DNA of 64,000 bases from Eledone cirrhosa (GCA_964016885.1 OZ024757.1:32054001-32118000); one strand, 5' to 3'. Counted from the stretch's first letter, positions 14,360 to 28,319 are shown. Numbers and translations are program-made. Notes: generated by a model not told the origin, from the letters alone.

Positions 14360-14772
14360 GTGTGTGTTTGTGATAATACGTGTGCCATTATGAATGTTAA
14401 TTTTCTGTCCGCTTAGCAATCATTTTCACACTTAGAAATTGAACTCTTTCCAATTTCCGAAGCATTTAACATTCGAAAGGTTCGTTACAATTGGATAAAC
14501 TTCAAGCCCTACTCTCCCTCCCCCTCTCTCGCTCTCAATCTCTCTCTCTCTTTCACTCTCTCTTTCTCTCTTTCGTTTTCTCTTCTATGCCGTCCTTTTT
14601 CCTCTGTCTTTCTTTCTCTTTTTCACTCTCTCGTTTCTCTTTCTTGATATCTTTCTTTCGCCCTCTATTTCTATATCTATCTACCTGTCTATCTATTTAT
14701 CCATTGACCTATCTTACACAGTCCTCCTTGTCTTTCAATATATATACACACACACACACACATATATATATA

Positions 14773-14830
14773 TATTGAGTACTTTGGTGCGTTATGGTCC
14801 ATCTGGTTCCTTACCACATTTCCTTCGTTA
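14773..14830 (+). mobile_element. Short element terminus inserted in (TA)n; matches 50036-50093 in reverse complement
   Basis: TATTGAGTACTTTGGTGCGTTATGGTCCATCTGGTTCCTTACCACATTTCCTTCGTTA. Confidence 0.8.
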
Positions 14831-15158
14831 TATATATATCAACCAATATATACATTCAAACGCACCCACCATCGCACATGGACACACACACACACATACA
14901 CACACACACACACACACATACACACACACACACACACACAGACACACAGACACATAGACACATAGACACATAGACACAGACACAGACACACAGACACGTG
15001 TGTGTGTGTGCCTATATATATATATTTTTTGTCACTGATTGCTTTCTCCGCCACTGAATTTAATGGAATGGTTCAATAGAGTTGAACAAGGCAGGAATAT
15101 TGATACACAATATATAATGTAATGAACCGAAATATAGTACATATGATTTTCGTGTGTG

Positions 15159-15191
<33 letters not shown>

Positions 15192-15198
<7 letters not shown>

Positions 15199-15245
15199 GT
15201 CCCCTAAAAAAAAATGTATACATACTTTGATTAGAATGGTGTAGT
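15192..15245 (+). mobile_element. Solo Tc1/mariner-type TIR fragment
   Basis: TA-TAGGGTGTCCCCTAAAAAAAAATGTATACATACTTTGA resembles CAGGGTG-type TIRs. Confidence 0.45.
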
Positions 15246-15433
15246 GTGTTTATATATATATATATATCAACCAATATATACATGCAAACGCGCGCGTGCG
15301 CGCATATATCTTTAGCTGTTCAAACGAAAGGAAGAAATCTGACACTCAACTATCTCTTGAAAATATTCCTATGAATTCAGTTGACTTCCACTGAAGTAGA
15401 TTTTAACAATTTCCCCGTGTATTCAATATTTCT

Positions 15434-15618
15434 GGTGGATTAGCAGTATCAGTAGAGAGTCGGACGCCATGCTTTCCAGCATAGTTATGTCCCTTTACGG
15501 TCTGAGTTCAAATCACGCCGAGGTTAACTTTGTCTTTCATCCTTACGGGATCGATAAAATAAAGTACCAGTAATGTACCGAGTAATTGCTGGCCTTGTGC
15601 CAAAAGTAGAAACAATTA
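15434..15618 (+). mobile_element. SINE family A copy
   Basis: Full head-to-tail match to 1870-2052. Confidence 0.85.
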
Positions 15619-15677
15619 TTTCTGTAAGTTAAATCTACAGGTAGAAATTTATTCTTCAGTTAACGGCAAAGTGTTGG

Positions 15678-15984
15678 ACCTCCGTCGGTTCCGACGATGA
15701 GTGTTCTAGTTGTTCGAAGACCGGAAAACAACCTCCTCGTGGAATTAACATGCAAATGGCTGAACATTCCACACAAACACGTGCACTCTATATGAAGTTC
15801 TCTGGGAGATTCTTTGTGACAGAATTCGTGACATTACAGCTGTAATTCATGATTTTACTGGCTCAGGGGATTGGAGAAACGTGAAATAACTTATCTTGCT
15901 CAAGAACACATCGCACCGCCGGGAATCGAACTCACAATCTTACGATTGTGAACCGAACGCCCTAAACACTACGCCAGGCACCTT
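15678..15984 (-). mobile_element. tRNA-derived SINE, family C
   Basis: Minus strand: TGGCGTAGTGTTTAGG (A box) ... GAGTTCGATTCC (B box) ... GTGTTCTTGAGCAAG. Confidence 0.75.
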
Positions 15985-16459
15985 CAAAAACAAATTACAC
16001 GAGGCTTGTGTACAATCTGAGCTTGAAACACTTTAGTTCTATGCAAGAATCGAAATGCATTAAACTGGAGACAAATACACAGCTACACACACTCACACAC
16101 ACACACACACACACACGCTCACACTCACTCACTCACTCACTCACTCACTCACTCACTCACTCACTCACTCACTAATAAACACACACACACGCGTATATGT
16201 ATACCCCCCCCCCCGCACATACGTATACACACGCATGTATACGCACACGCACACGCACACGCACACGCACACGCACACGCGCGCGCGCGCGCGCGACTTT
16301 ACGACGGTGGGGCGAACACATTAACCACTAAGCCACCCGCTTTCACATGTCAGTAAAGCAGACATTTAGTAAATGTCGGTTTATGGAATAGCGATTGCTA
16401 AGGACAGATTTGTTAAGATTTCCGGATTTTACTGAAAACACATGTAATACATGACACGT

Positions 16460-17460
16460 ACATTCATATAGTCATTGTAGAGCATGTATATACACACACA
16501 CACATATATATATATACACACATATATATATATATGTACACGTGTCATATACATATACACACATATATATATACACTTATACATATACACATGTCTTATA
16601 TACACTCATATAGTCATTGTAGGGCATGTATACACATATATACACACACATATATATATACACACACATATATATATACACATATGTTATATACACACAT
16701 ATATATATACACATATACATATACACATGTCTTATATACACTCATATAGTCGTTGTAGGGCATGTATACACATATATATACACACATATATATATATACA
16801 CACACACATATATATACACGTCATATATATACACATATACATATACACATATACATATTCACATGTGTCTTATATACATTCATATAGTCGTTGTAGGGCA
16901 TGTATACACATATATAATCATTGTAGGGCATGTATACACATATACATATACACAGGGGTCTTATACAACCATATAGTCGTTGTAGGGCATGTATACACAC
17001 ATATATACCTATACACATATACGCATGGTTCACATACATATATATGATCGTTGTATGCATGTATGCACACATATATACACATATACATATACACATATAC
17101 ATATACGCACATGACACATGCACATATGTAGTCGTTGTATGCATATATGTACACATATATACACATATACATATACTCATGTAGTCGTTGTAGGGCATAT
17201 ATGCACACATATATACACATATACATACACACGTTTCACATACACTCATGTAGTCGTTGTATGCATATATACACACCTATATATACATATACATATACAT
17301 ATGGTTCACATACGTATATGTGATCATTGTATGCATGTATGCACACATATACACATACACATATGTAGTCGTTGTAAGGCATGTATACACACATATATAC
17401 ACATATACATATACATGGTTCACATACACACATCTAATCGTTGTATGCACGTCCACACAC
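16460..17460. repeat. Complex minisatellite with recurring CTCATATAGTCGTTGTAGGGCATGTATACAC motif in a CA/TA matrix
   Basis: Motif recurs more than 10 times with variable spacing. Confidence 0.85.
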
Positions 17461-17910
17461 ATATATACTCACATACACATATATATACTCATATATACAT
17501 ATATATACGCATATACACATATATATACTCATATACACACATATATAATCATATACACATATATATACTCATATAGACATGCATATATCTACATACATAC
17601 ATTCATACAGATACAGACACATATACACACTCATGAAACAGACACATAGATATAGATGGAAATACATACTTATATACACTGCCATACATACATACTCATG
17701 TAAATACACATATATGTTCATACATACATATGCGGACACATGCACCCTAACGCATACACTCACTTCCACGGAGCTTAGATCATTGTGTGACATATTTCAA
17801 TAGAACACGTGACTTACTTTCACTTTAGAATATATATTGGCTACCTTTCGGAACTTTTTCCGGTTCTTTCCGAGAAGATATGGCTTACAATGGATCTAAC
17901 ACACATACAC

Positions 17911-18688
17911 ATACATACATACATACATACATACATACATACATACATACATACATACATACATACATACATACATACATACATACATACATACATACAT
18001 ACATACATACATACATACATACATACATACATACATACATACATACATACATACATACATACATACATACATACATACATGGTGGCTGCCAACTCGTTTT
18101 CGAGTACGGCCACTACTTTATATCCATCTAGGAGAACCCCTACCGATGCGCTGAACGAGTGTGACTTTTTAGTCTAGCCAGTGACTTGAAAACTCTGGTA
18201 CAAACACTACACCTGTGACAATTACTGACACATAGTGCTGGGCCCATGGTACCATGTGACGACAATGGCAGAGAGATCTCCAGATATAAAGCAATACCTG
18301 TGCCGTGAAGCTTTTATAGTGAGCAAAGGCACTGCACAAAGCCAGTCCCACTCTCTTAACCAAGATGATATTTACCAAAAAGAAGAACAAGTCAACATCA
18401 TTGGATACCATCAGGGTTGCAGGTGTTATATCAGAGTTTTCCTTCTCCTAGAATTCGGCCTTGACAAAGGCTAAGGGGTCATCTCTCGGTGATTTTGGAT
18501 GGCCATTGACTCTTAAGAGCTCCTTTGCCCTTTGACAGGTTTTGTTTTTAGTCCTGCAGGATGTTCAAAGTCACCCTCCTCACCAAGAAACCTTGGTGGG
18601 GTTGCCAGTTTAGTCGCCAACGACCCGACCATGGGACAGGTTGTACTGGGATACATGTTACCAGTAGCACCAACTGGTGACCTGACAT
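17911..18688 (-). mobile_element. Internally deleted non-autonomous RTE LINE derivative with (TATG)n tail, copy 1
   Basis: RTE-like 5'UTR (GCGACTAAACTGGCAACCCC; CTAGGAGAAGGAAAACTCTGA) fused to a C-terminal CxxC..H zinc-finger relic; paralog at 41172-41788. Confidence 0.75.
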
Positions 18689-19206
18689 TAATATATATAT
18701 ATATATATACGTACATACATGCATACATGCATACATACATATATATACACAAACATACATATATACATATACGTACACATACATACATACATACATACAT
18801 ACATACATACATAGTACTGACGGAGAGACACACATATATAAATATTTATATACATACATGTATATACACATATATATATGCATATATGTATGTGTATATA
18901 TACATGTGTGTGTGTGTGTGTATGTGTGTGTGTGTATGTATATAATGTGTGTGTGTATATATATATGTATGTATATGTATATATATATATACATGCACAC
19001 GCCCATACATAAATATATACATACATATACATACACACATTGATTCATATGTATAGAAGGTTCCTTCACACTTTTTTCTGCCAGATTTCACACGTATAAA
19101 AATGCAGAAATGCATCTTTTATGTTACATTTTATCATAAAGAAATCTTCAACCTCTAATGTGTTCATTTGCATACATATATAAACATACATAAGTTCATA
19201 CATACA

Positions 19207-20019
19207 TCAGTGCTCCTTCCAAAATATCCTTCATATAAAGTTCTTTGTTAATTTTAACTCCTTGAGGCACAAAAATAGAGGAGACTTCCCTCTTTCAGAA
19301 ATGGCTGCCCAAACCATCACTGATACTGGTTTCTGTGTTCTTAACACTTTTCCTACACTTGAAGGAATTGATTTGAGACTTTTTGCAAGTACTCCATCAT
19401 TTTGATGATTGTGAGACTGCTGCACAGTGAATAACTTCTCATCTGTAAAGATGATGTTTTGCAGCGTACTATCCTTGATACGGTTCAATAACAGTTTACT
19501 TATGGAGAGCCTCTTTTCAATTGTGGCTGCAGAAAGAAGCTGCATCTTTTGGAACTTATAGGGTGACATCCCCAGACCATCTCGACATATCCTCCGCATA
19601 GTTCTCGGCGAGGTTTCTGCTTCTTCTGCCATTTTTCTTGGATTACGCCTTATTTTTTCCCTCACACTTTTAACGAGTTTTGGTGTTCTTGAGGTGCGAG
19701 GGCGTCCGGATCGAGGTCTGTCTTTGGTCGAGGAAGTTTCCTTAAATCGATTGTCCTTTTGATCAACATTCTATTGATCTTAAGAGTTTTCCTCAGTTTA
19801 AATATCTCGGGTGGAGTCAGGCCTTTTTCATCCTTCTCTATTATGAACTTTCTTTTCAAATCTATGGACATTGTAAATTGTTAATGGCGTAATGTTCTGA
19901 AAAATAGTTAATATGGTTATAGTGCATGGATTTGATACAAATATATTAGTTATATTAGCAACATAATGTATTTTAAAAATTGATTTAAAACTTTGTAACA
20001 GGAATTATGCCCCACCCTC
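19207..20019 (-). mobile_element. Truncated, frameshifted Tc1/mariner transposon (maT/DD37D-like)
   Basis: HTH region, then (frameshift) DRPRSGRPRT, IIFTDEKLFTV..HN.QND, VMVWAAIS..GKSPL, VPQGVKIN..Y..DILE; 5' TIR TA-GAGGGTGGGGCATAATTCC ending at 20019; 3' part of the catalytic domain missing. Confidence 0.9.
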
Positions 20020-20029
20020 TATAAACTGC

Positions 20030-20664
20030 ATTAGGAGAAAATTAGTGACGGAAATATATGAATTTTTATTTAAGCGATCGCTAACCGGAAGTGTCGACAT
20101 TTGAACATTTTTACGTTACTGATTACATAAGACAGTGTAACGCAGTCTTCGTTCAATTTCTGTGTATATTGTCAATTACAATTTTATTTGATGTATCGTA
20201 TCTACATACATATATACTTGCGTATAATATCAATATGCACACTACACATGCTGACAGAAAACCACCCGAAGGGTGGTTTTTCTGCTAGTGATATTAATGG
20301 AGTATTTGAAACAATGTGTATTCTTAATTTAGGGAGAAAGTTTGCTGATCTGCGTGGAAAACGTGATTTCGAGACATGTGATATTTGCCTGCACGCATGT
20401 GAGTGCTAAGAAACCTGCTGACATACGAGAGTATGCACGCTTTCTGTCTGCATATCTAGCCACAATGTGTGACCTTGACCGTAACGTCGGGAACATTTTC
20501 GGCCAATATGTAATGTCAACCTATGGCTGCAGCGCATGAATATCGACTGGCCTGGCCTGCTTAGACGACTGCTATTGTAGGAGCGCGGGGGAGTGAAGAA
20601 GTGGGGCATTTGAAAAATCAGGACGTTTTGGGGAGCAATGGAGCAAAAAAGGTTGAGAACCTAG
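20030..20664. mobile_element. Probable hAT non-autonomous element (one terminus recognisable)
   Basis: Ends in AAAAAAGGTTGAGAACC, typical of hAT termini; other end not identified. Confidence 0.4.
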
Positions 20665-21039
20665 GGTTTATAATATCTTTACTAATAGACACACCATTGT
20701 GAGGATTTGTAATGTTCGAGTAAAGACATTGAATTTTAATGTGACTCATTCATAGTCATTTTCTATTTTCCGAGAATGTCTCGTTAATATAGTTTCATGT
20801 GCTCTGTATATATGCAAATATATATATATACTGTTTTTACTATCTGATAGATCAATGTTAAAATTTGCTATACTAGTGAAAAGACATTAATTTTCAATGT
20901 GATGCAGTTATGATGGCGTTTTGTATTTTCCTATAATAAATTGTCAATGTGGTTTCATATAGTTTATTAACCCAAATGCTTATAATATCTGTACTGTCAA
21001 ACAGATTATAGTTAAAATTTGCAATACAGACATTAATTT

Positions 21040-21220
21040 GGTGGTTTGGCAGTATCGGTAGAGGGTTGGACGCCATGCTTTGCTGCAAAGAGTTACGGCC
21101 CTTTATGGTCTCAGTTCAAATCCCGCCGAGATTAACTTTGCCTTTCATCCTTACGGGGTCGATAAAATAAAGTACCAGTAATGGCCTAGGTAATTGCTGC
21201 TCCAAAAGTAGAAACAATTA
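21040..21220 (+). mobile_element. SINE family A copy
   Basis: Match to 1870-2052. Confidence 0.85.
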
Positions 21221-21586
21221 ATTTTTAATGTAATCCAGTCATAATGCCGTTTAATATTATTTTGGTAATGTGGTTTCATGTACAGTATCTTACATGTTAA
21301 AAGGAATATTAAAAACAGCAGTAAAACTCTATCGCCCTGCATGGCGCATTGAACACGAAAATATATTTCTTGGTGTAACCTTACTTGAGAAAAATAAGAT
21401 GGTCCACCATATCTAGGTTAGGTTTTACAATAACAGATATTAACAAATGATGCTCTTTGATTAAGTGTAAAGCTTTGATAACCCACCTGTGTTACATACC
21501 ATCTATTGTTATAAACACTCTGTCCTCACATACCTGGGCTTTTTATATATGTACACTTGTCTGTGTGTATGTACGTGTGTGTTTAC

Positions 21587-21631
<45 letters not shown>

Positions 21632-21691
21632 TACACACACATATATATAAGTATATATATATATATATGTGTGTGTGTATATAAATATATA

Positions 21692-21722
<31 letters not shown>

Positions 21723-22037
21723 GTGTATGTGTGTGTGTGTATATATGTGTATGTGTGTGTATATATATGTGTATGTGTGTGTGTATATATATGTGTATGT
21801 GTGTGTGTGTATATATATGTGTATGTGTGTGTGTATATATATGTGTGTGTGTGTGTATATATGTGTATGTGTGTGTGTGTGTATATATAAATGTGTGTAT
21901 GCGTGTGTATATATATATATGTGTGTGTGCGTGTGTATATATGTATATATATATTTGAATATATATATATATTTGAATATATATATATATATATATATAT
22001 AAATATATATATCTATTTGAATATATATATATATCTA

Positions 22038-22152
<115 letters not shown>

Positions 22153-22276
22153 ATATGTGTATAGTGTGTCAGTCATTATCCAGACCAACAGAGATGGTAA
22201 TTAAAAGTATCGACCGTTTGTTAACACCGCCGTGATCACTGCAATAGACGGTGATGTGCCTTTGATAATGAAGCTA

Positions 22277-22349
<73 letters not shown>

Positions 22350-22504
22350 CACACGCACACACTTTTATACATGCTTTTATACACATGTACGCACACATAC
22401 TTACATATATAAAAACAGACGCACTCACACACCCACACATGTATATATATATATATATACACATGTACACACACATATATATATATTCATATATATATTC
22501 ATTC

Positions 22505-22541
<37 letters not shown>

Positions 22542-22604
22542 TATATATATATATGAATATGTATATATATATATACAGTATATATATATATGAATATCTC
22601 TCTC

Positions 22605-22658
<54 letters not shown>

Positions 22659-23027
22659 TTATACATTATACATACACACACATCCTTACATACATACCTA
22701 ATATATACTATATAGATTTATATGTATATATATAAATATATATTAGTTATGTATACACACGTACTGCCTAATTAGATGCCTTTCTTAGAAGTCTTTCACC
22801 CTCCCCTCGCCACCGCCACCCTATCCCACCAGCTCCCACCACCACCTCCCACCACCACCATCACCAGTTCTACCCCCCCCCCCCCCCACCACCCCACCAC
22901 CATTATCATCAACGAGGACAACAAAAAATGACAAAATAACACAACTAAAGTTAATGCTTGGCAAAAAGAAAACATAGAATGGTGATTGTTATGTGTGTAT
23001 ATGTACATATATATATATATATATGTG

Positions 23028-23062
<35 letters not shown>

Positions 23063-23373
23063 GTGTGTATGTGTGTGTGTATGTATATATGTGTGTATGT
23101 GTGTGTGTATGTATATATGTGTGTGTGTGTGTATGTATATATGTGTGTATATGTGTGTGTGTGTATGTATATATGTGTGTGTGTGTATATGTATATATAT
23201 ATATATGTGTGTGTGTATGTATGTATATATATATATATATATATGTGTGTATATGTATGTATGTATATATATATATGTGTGTGTATATATTGAGACATTT
23301 ACTTATGTATGTATATGTGTGCATCTATATAGGTTTTTATATGTGAACGTTGATATATATGTATGGTTAAAAG

Positions 23374-23425
<52 letters not shown>

Positions 23426-23669
23426 TATATATATATATGTTTATACACAGATGATATATTTCTTTAGTTATAACTCCTACTTTGTCTATCTTACACTCTA
23501 GCTCACACTCTCTCTCACATTATAACAACCACTCTAGCCCACACTCTATCTCACACTCTAACAACCATTTTAGCCCACACTCTATCTTGCATTCTAACAT
23601 ACACTCTATCTAAACTTTAACTCACACTCTAACTTACAATCACCCCCACACTTACTCTCCCAACACACC

Positions 23670-24299
23670 ACCTTACACTGCACCCTACTCACTCTTTTAC
23701 CTGACACTGCACCCCCCCACTCTTTTACCTGACACTATACCTCACACCATCACTTACCTGACACTGCACGCCCCCCCCAACTCTCTTACCTGGCACTGCA
23801 CCCAACACTGCACCCCCCACACTCTCTTACCTTACACTGCGCACCCCCACATTCCCTTACCTTACACTACACCCCACACCCTCTCTTACCTGAAACTACA
23901 CCCCACACACTATCTTACCTGACACTACACCCCACACACTCTCTTACCTGACACTGCACCCAACACTGCACCCCCCACACTCTCTTACCTTACACTGCGC
24001 ACCCCCACATTCCCTTACCTTACACTACACCCCACACCCTCTCTTACCTGAAACTACACCCCACACACTATCTTACCTGACACTACACCCCACACACTCT
24101 CTTACCTGACACTGCACCCAACACTGCACCCCCCACACTCTCTTACCTTACACTGCGCACCCCCACATTCCCTTACCTTACACTACACCCCACACCCTCT
24201 CTTACCTGAAACTACACCCCACACACTATCTTACCTGACACTACACCCCACACACTATCTTACCTGACACTACACCCCACACACTCTCTTACCTGACAG
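23670..24299. repeat. ~29-bp minisatellite with 158-bp higher-order repeat (3 copies)
   Basis: CTCTTACCTG(A/G)CACTGCACCCAACAC at 23783, 23941, 24099; each subunit contains CTTACCT. Confidence 0.9.
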
Positions 24300-24466
24300 T
24301 ATTCTCGTCTGTCTTCTCGTCCTTTACTACTTCATCTCATCGCTGATTCGTTTTGTTAATATCTTCCACATGAGATTTTAATGATTTCACACATTGTATC
24401 CCAGTTTACTAGTGAATAATATATAGACACTGAGGAACGTAATCTGCGCGTACCTATGTATGTCAG

Positions 24467-24503
<37 letters not shown>

Positions 24504-24738
24504 TGATGTGTGTGTATATATGTATATATATATACATGTGTATATATATATATATATATATATTGATGTGTGTGTATATATGTATATACATATATGTATA
24601 TATACATATAGATACATATATATATACATATATATATATACATATATATATGTATATATATATAGATGCATATGTATATGGATATATACATATATATCTG
24701 TATATATATAATGTATATATACATATATATACATATAT

Positions 24739-25444
24739 ATATGAAAGACGGAAAATAAGAAAATTTTAAAAATTAAAAATCAACTTACTAAAATTTTTTC
24801 ACTCAAACTAATTAGTTTCTGTAATGGGATAAATATAGTTACATAATATAACCATAGAGAATTCATTACGTCATCAGGAAGTCTATTCTCAGCTAAGTTC
24901 CCAGGCAATGCGCGGACACTAGGAACCCATATAAAAATAATTCAGTGGATGGAATGAAGCTAGCGAGGACTAAATTCCGGAGCACTGAAAAAATTTCACT
25001 GCCTCTGGTCAGTGGCAGATTCTAAAGAATCAATCACGTGACACCGAGGTTAATCAGTTAGGAGCGGGGTGGTATTATGACAAGAGCCTACTACTACCAT
25101 GAAACAGCAGTAAATTTTTGGCAAGTTTTGCTCAACAAATAATTTGGAGATAAATATAGAGAATTAGTACATCTACCAACATATGTGTACAGATGTACAC
25201 TCATGCTAGCAAATATATAAGTTATGTCTTAGTACCTATGTGGTTCTATGCAGGGGGATGCAGAACAATTATATGAAAGACGTAAAGTAAGAAAATTTAA
25301 AAAATTAAAAATCAACTTACTAAAATTTTCACTCCATTTGCATCCCCCTGCATAGAACCACACAGGTACTAAGACATAACTTATATATTTGCTAGCATGA
25401 GTGTACATCTGTACACATATGTTGGTAGATGTACTAATTCTCTA
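24739..25444 (-). mobile_element. Ribozyme-containing retroelement with terminal direct repeat and inverted 5' segment
   Basis: Direct repeat 24739-24805 / 25271-25335; inverted repeat 25157-25262 / 25339-25444 (one mismatch seen); TA tracts on both sides. Confidence 0.8.
24801..24882 (-). ncRNA. Type I hammerhead ribozyme with long helix II
   Basis: ACTTC-CTGATGA-cGTAATG..CATTACa-GAA-ACTAATTAGT-T/TGAGT; palindromic helix III. Confidence 0.7.
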
Positions 25445-25551
25445 CATATATATATGTATATGTATATATATATATGTATATAAATGTATATATGTATATA
25501 TATATGTATATAAATGTATATATATATGTATATAAATGTATATATGTATAT

Positions 25552-25600
<49 letters not shown>

Positions 25601-25610
25601 AAATATATAT

Positions 25611-26160
25611 ATATGAAGTAAAAATTAGAAAGAGAAGCCAGGACTATCCATCATCAGTGATCTACTCGCCATCATCCCCTACTGCTATCCTCTTTCTCTC
25701 TCCCCCTTCTCTCTCCTCCCTCTTACTTTCATTCTCCCCCTCTGTTAATCACCCTCTCTCGGCTAGCCTCTTCCTCATACTCACCCTCTCTCTCACTTCC
25801 TCAATCGTCCGGCACCGTGCGAAATTCTTTTCTCGCTCACTTTTCGCATGGTACGGATGTGTCTTTCGTCTTCTCGTCAATGTTCGCAAGTTCTTATGTT
25901 CAAATGAATCACTGACTGGATTTTCTCATTTTTTCCCTCTCTTTACGTTGCCTCACCATTCTTGTTTGTTCACCTGTCTCTCTTCTTTTTATCCCAATAA
26001 CTTATTTTAGTTATTGTTCACGCTAGCCTGAGGTATCTGATCTTTAATGCGAAGAAATACCTATGATGGCGAGTAGATCACTGATGATGGATAGTCTGGC
26101 TTCTCTTTCTAAGTTTTACTTCATATGTATCACATTCGCAACAACACAGCACACCATTTT
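25611..26160 (+). mobile_element. Element with 65-bp inverted repeat (25611-25675 / 26063-26126), Penelope-like architecture
   Basis: ATATGAAGTAAAA.TTAGAAAGAGAAGCCAG.ACTATCCATCATCAGTGATCTACTCGCCATCAT and its reverse complement; inserted in (TA)n. Confidence 0.65.
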
Positions 26161-26192
26161 TAATTTATATATATGTGTGTGTGTATACATAC

Positions 26193-26254
<62 letters not shown>

Positions 26255-26257
26255 GTG

Positions 26258-26290
<33 letters not shown>

Positions 26291-26300
26291 GTATATATAC

Positions 26301-26338
<38 letters not shown>

Positions 26339-26529
26339 GTGTGTTTATATACATATATATATATATATGTGTGTGTGTATATATACATATATATATATAT
26401 GTATATATATATATGAGTGTGTCAAACAATATTCGGTTTACCAGTCAATAATAGATAGATAACGTAACCCATCTAATTCTCATCAAAGATGCTCTTCTTT
26501 GTCTGTGTTTCAGTCTTTGAGTGTGTATA

Positions 26530-26560
<31 letters not shown>

Positions 26561-26619
26561 GCGTGTGTGTGTGTGTGTATATATACATATGTATATATAC
26601 ATATGTATATATACATATG

Positions 26620-26652
<33 letters not shown>

Positions 26653-26883
26653 GTATGTATATATATATATGTATATATATATATATGTGTGTGTGTGTAT
26701 ACAAATGTATATATACATATGTATGTATGTATATATATATATGTATATATATATAATTAGTGTTGGATGCTTAAAGCGTCCGTTTACGGTAGGCTGTTTG
26801 AGCACTCGATGCTCTCATAGAGCAGAGTATGATATCATATATATACACATATATATTAGGTATGATATAACTTGATATAACAT

Positions 26884-26917
<34 letters not shown>

Positions 26918-26957
26918 ACACACACACACATATATATATATACACACACACGCACAT

Positions 26958-26998
<41 letters not shown>

Positions 26999-27193
26999 CA
27001 TATATACATAAACACACTTACATATATATATACACTCACACACATACACATACACACACACATACACATATATATATATATATATATATATATCTATATA
27101 TACATACACACACTTACATATATATATATATATATATATACATATACATACACACATATATATACACGCACATATACACATACACACACTTAC

Positions 27194-27244
<51 letters not shown>

Positions 27245-27599
27245 AATACATATACATACACACATATACACACACATATATATATATACACGCACATATA
27301 CACATACACATACACGCACATATACACATACACACACACATACATATTATATATATATATATATATAAATGTATATGTACAAAGAGTGAGGGAGACGTAG
27401 ACACTCATAAATACCGATATTTCTGAGTTGTAAATGGTAGAGGAGTCAGGATTTCAGAGTTTTATCATACTATCTGTGTAACTGTGATTTGCCTCTCCCC
27501 CTCTCTCCCCCCTCTCTCCTTTCTCCCCCCCTCTACCACCCATGTCTCTATATATATGTATGTGTGTGTATATATATATATATATGTGTGTGTGTGTGC

Positions 27600-27644
<45 letters not shown>

Positions 27645-27645
<1 letters not shown>

Positions 27646-27667
27646 TATGTATAAACCGAAATTATAG

Positions 27668-27710
<43 letters not shown>

Positions 27711-27729
27711 GTATAAACCGAAATTATAG

Positions 27730-27761
<32 letters not shown>

Positions 27762-27803
27762 ATGTATATATATATATATATTATGTATAAACCAAAATTA
27801 TAG

Positions 27804-27846
<43 letters not shown>

Positions 27847-27865
27847 GTATAAACCGAAATTATAG

Positions 27866-27897
<32 letters not shown>

Positions 27898-27919
27898 TAT
27901 GTATAAACCGAAATTATAG

Positions 27920-27951
<32 letters not shown>

Positions 27952-27993
27952 ATGTATATATATATATATATTATGTATAAACCAAAATTATAG

Positions 27994-28000
<7 letters not shown>
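27645..28000. repeat. Six copies of TATTATGTATAAACC(G)AAATTATAGATGTG separated by variable (TA)n
   Basis: Direct reading; pattern of three units duplicated. Confidence 0.9.
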
Positions 28001-28057
<57 letters not shown>

Positions 28058-28319
28058 ATATACAATAAAGAGTGACAACACACAGATATATACATATATA
28101 CGTTCAAATCACATCAAATGAATATAAAACTTATATCCTCTCTATATCTCTCAATATACCCCCCTATCCCGCCATGCACCACCTAACTATTTCCGCTATC
28201 TTTCTGTCTTTTTTGCTTTTATTAGTTTTCTGTAATAAATATACATAATGGTATTACCTGTCTCTGTAAAGGTAACATTATTTAGCAATCTAAGTGTATA
28301 TATATCTATATGTATGTGT

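Noticed and set aside
15905-15984. tRNA genes at SINE heads (also 55699-55770)
   Set aside because: A/B boxes are present but there is no full cloverleaf and they continue into SINE bodies
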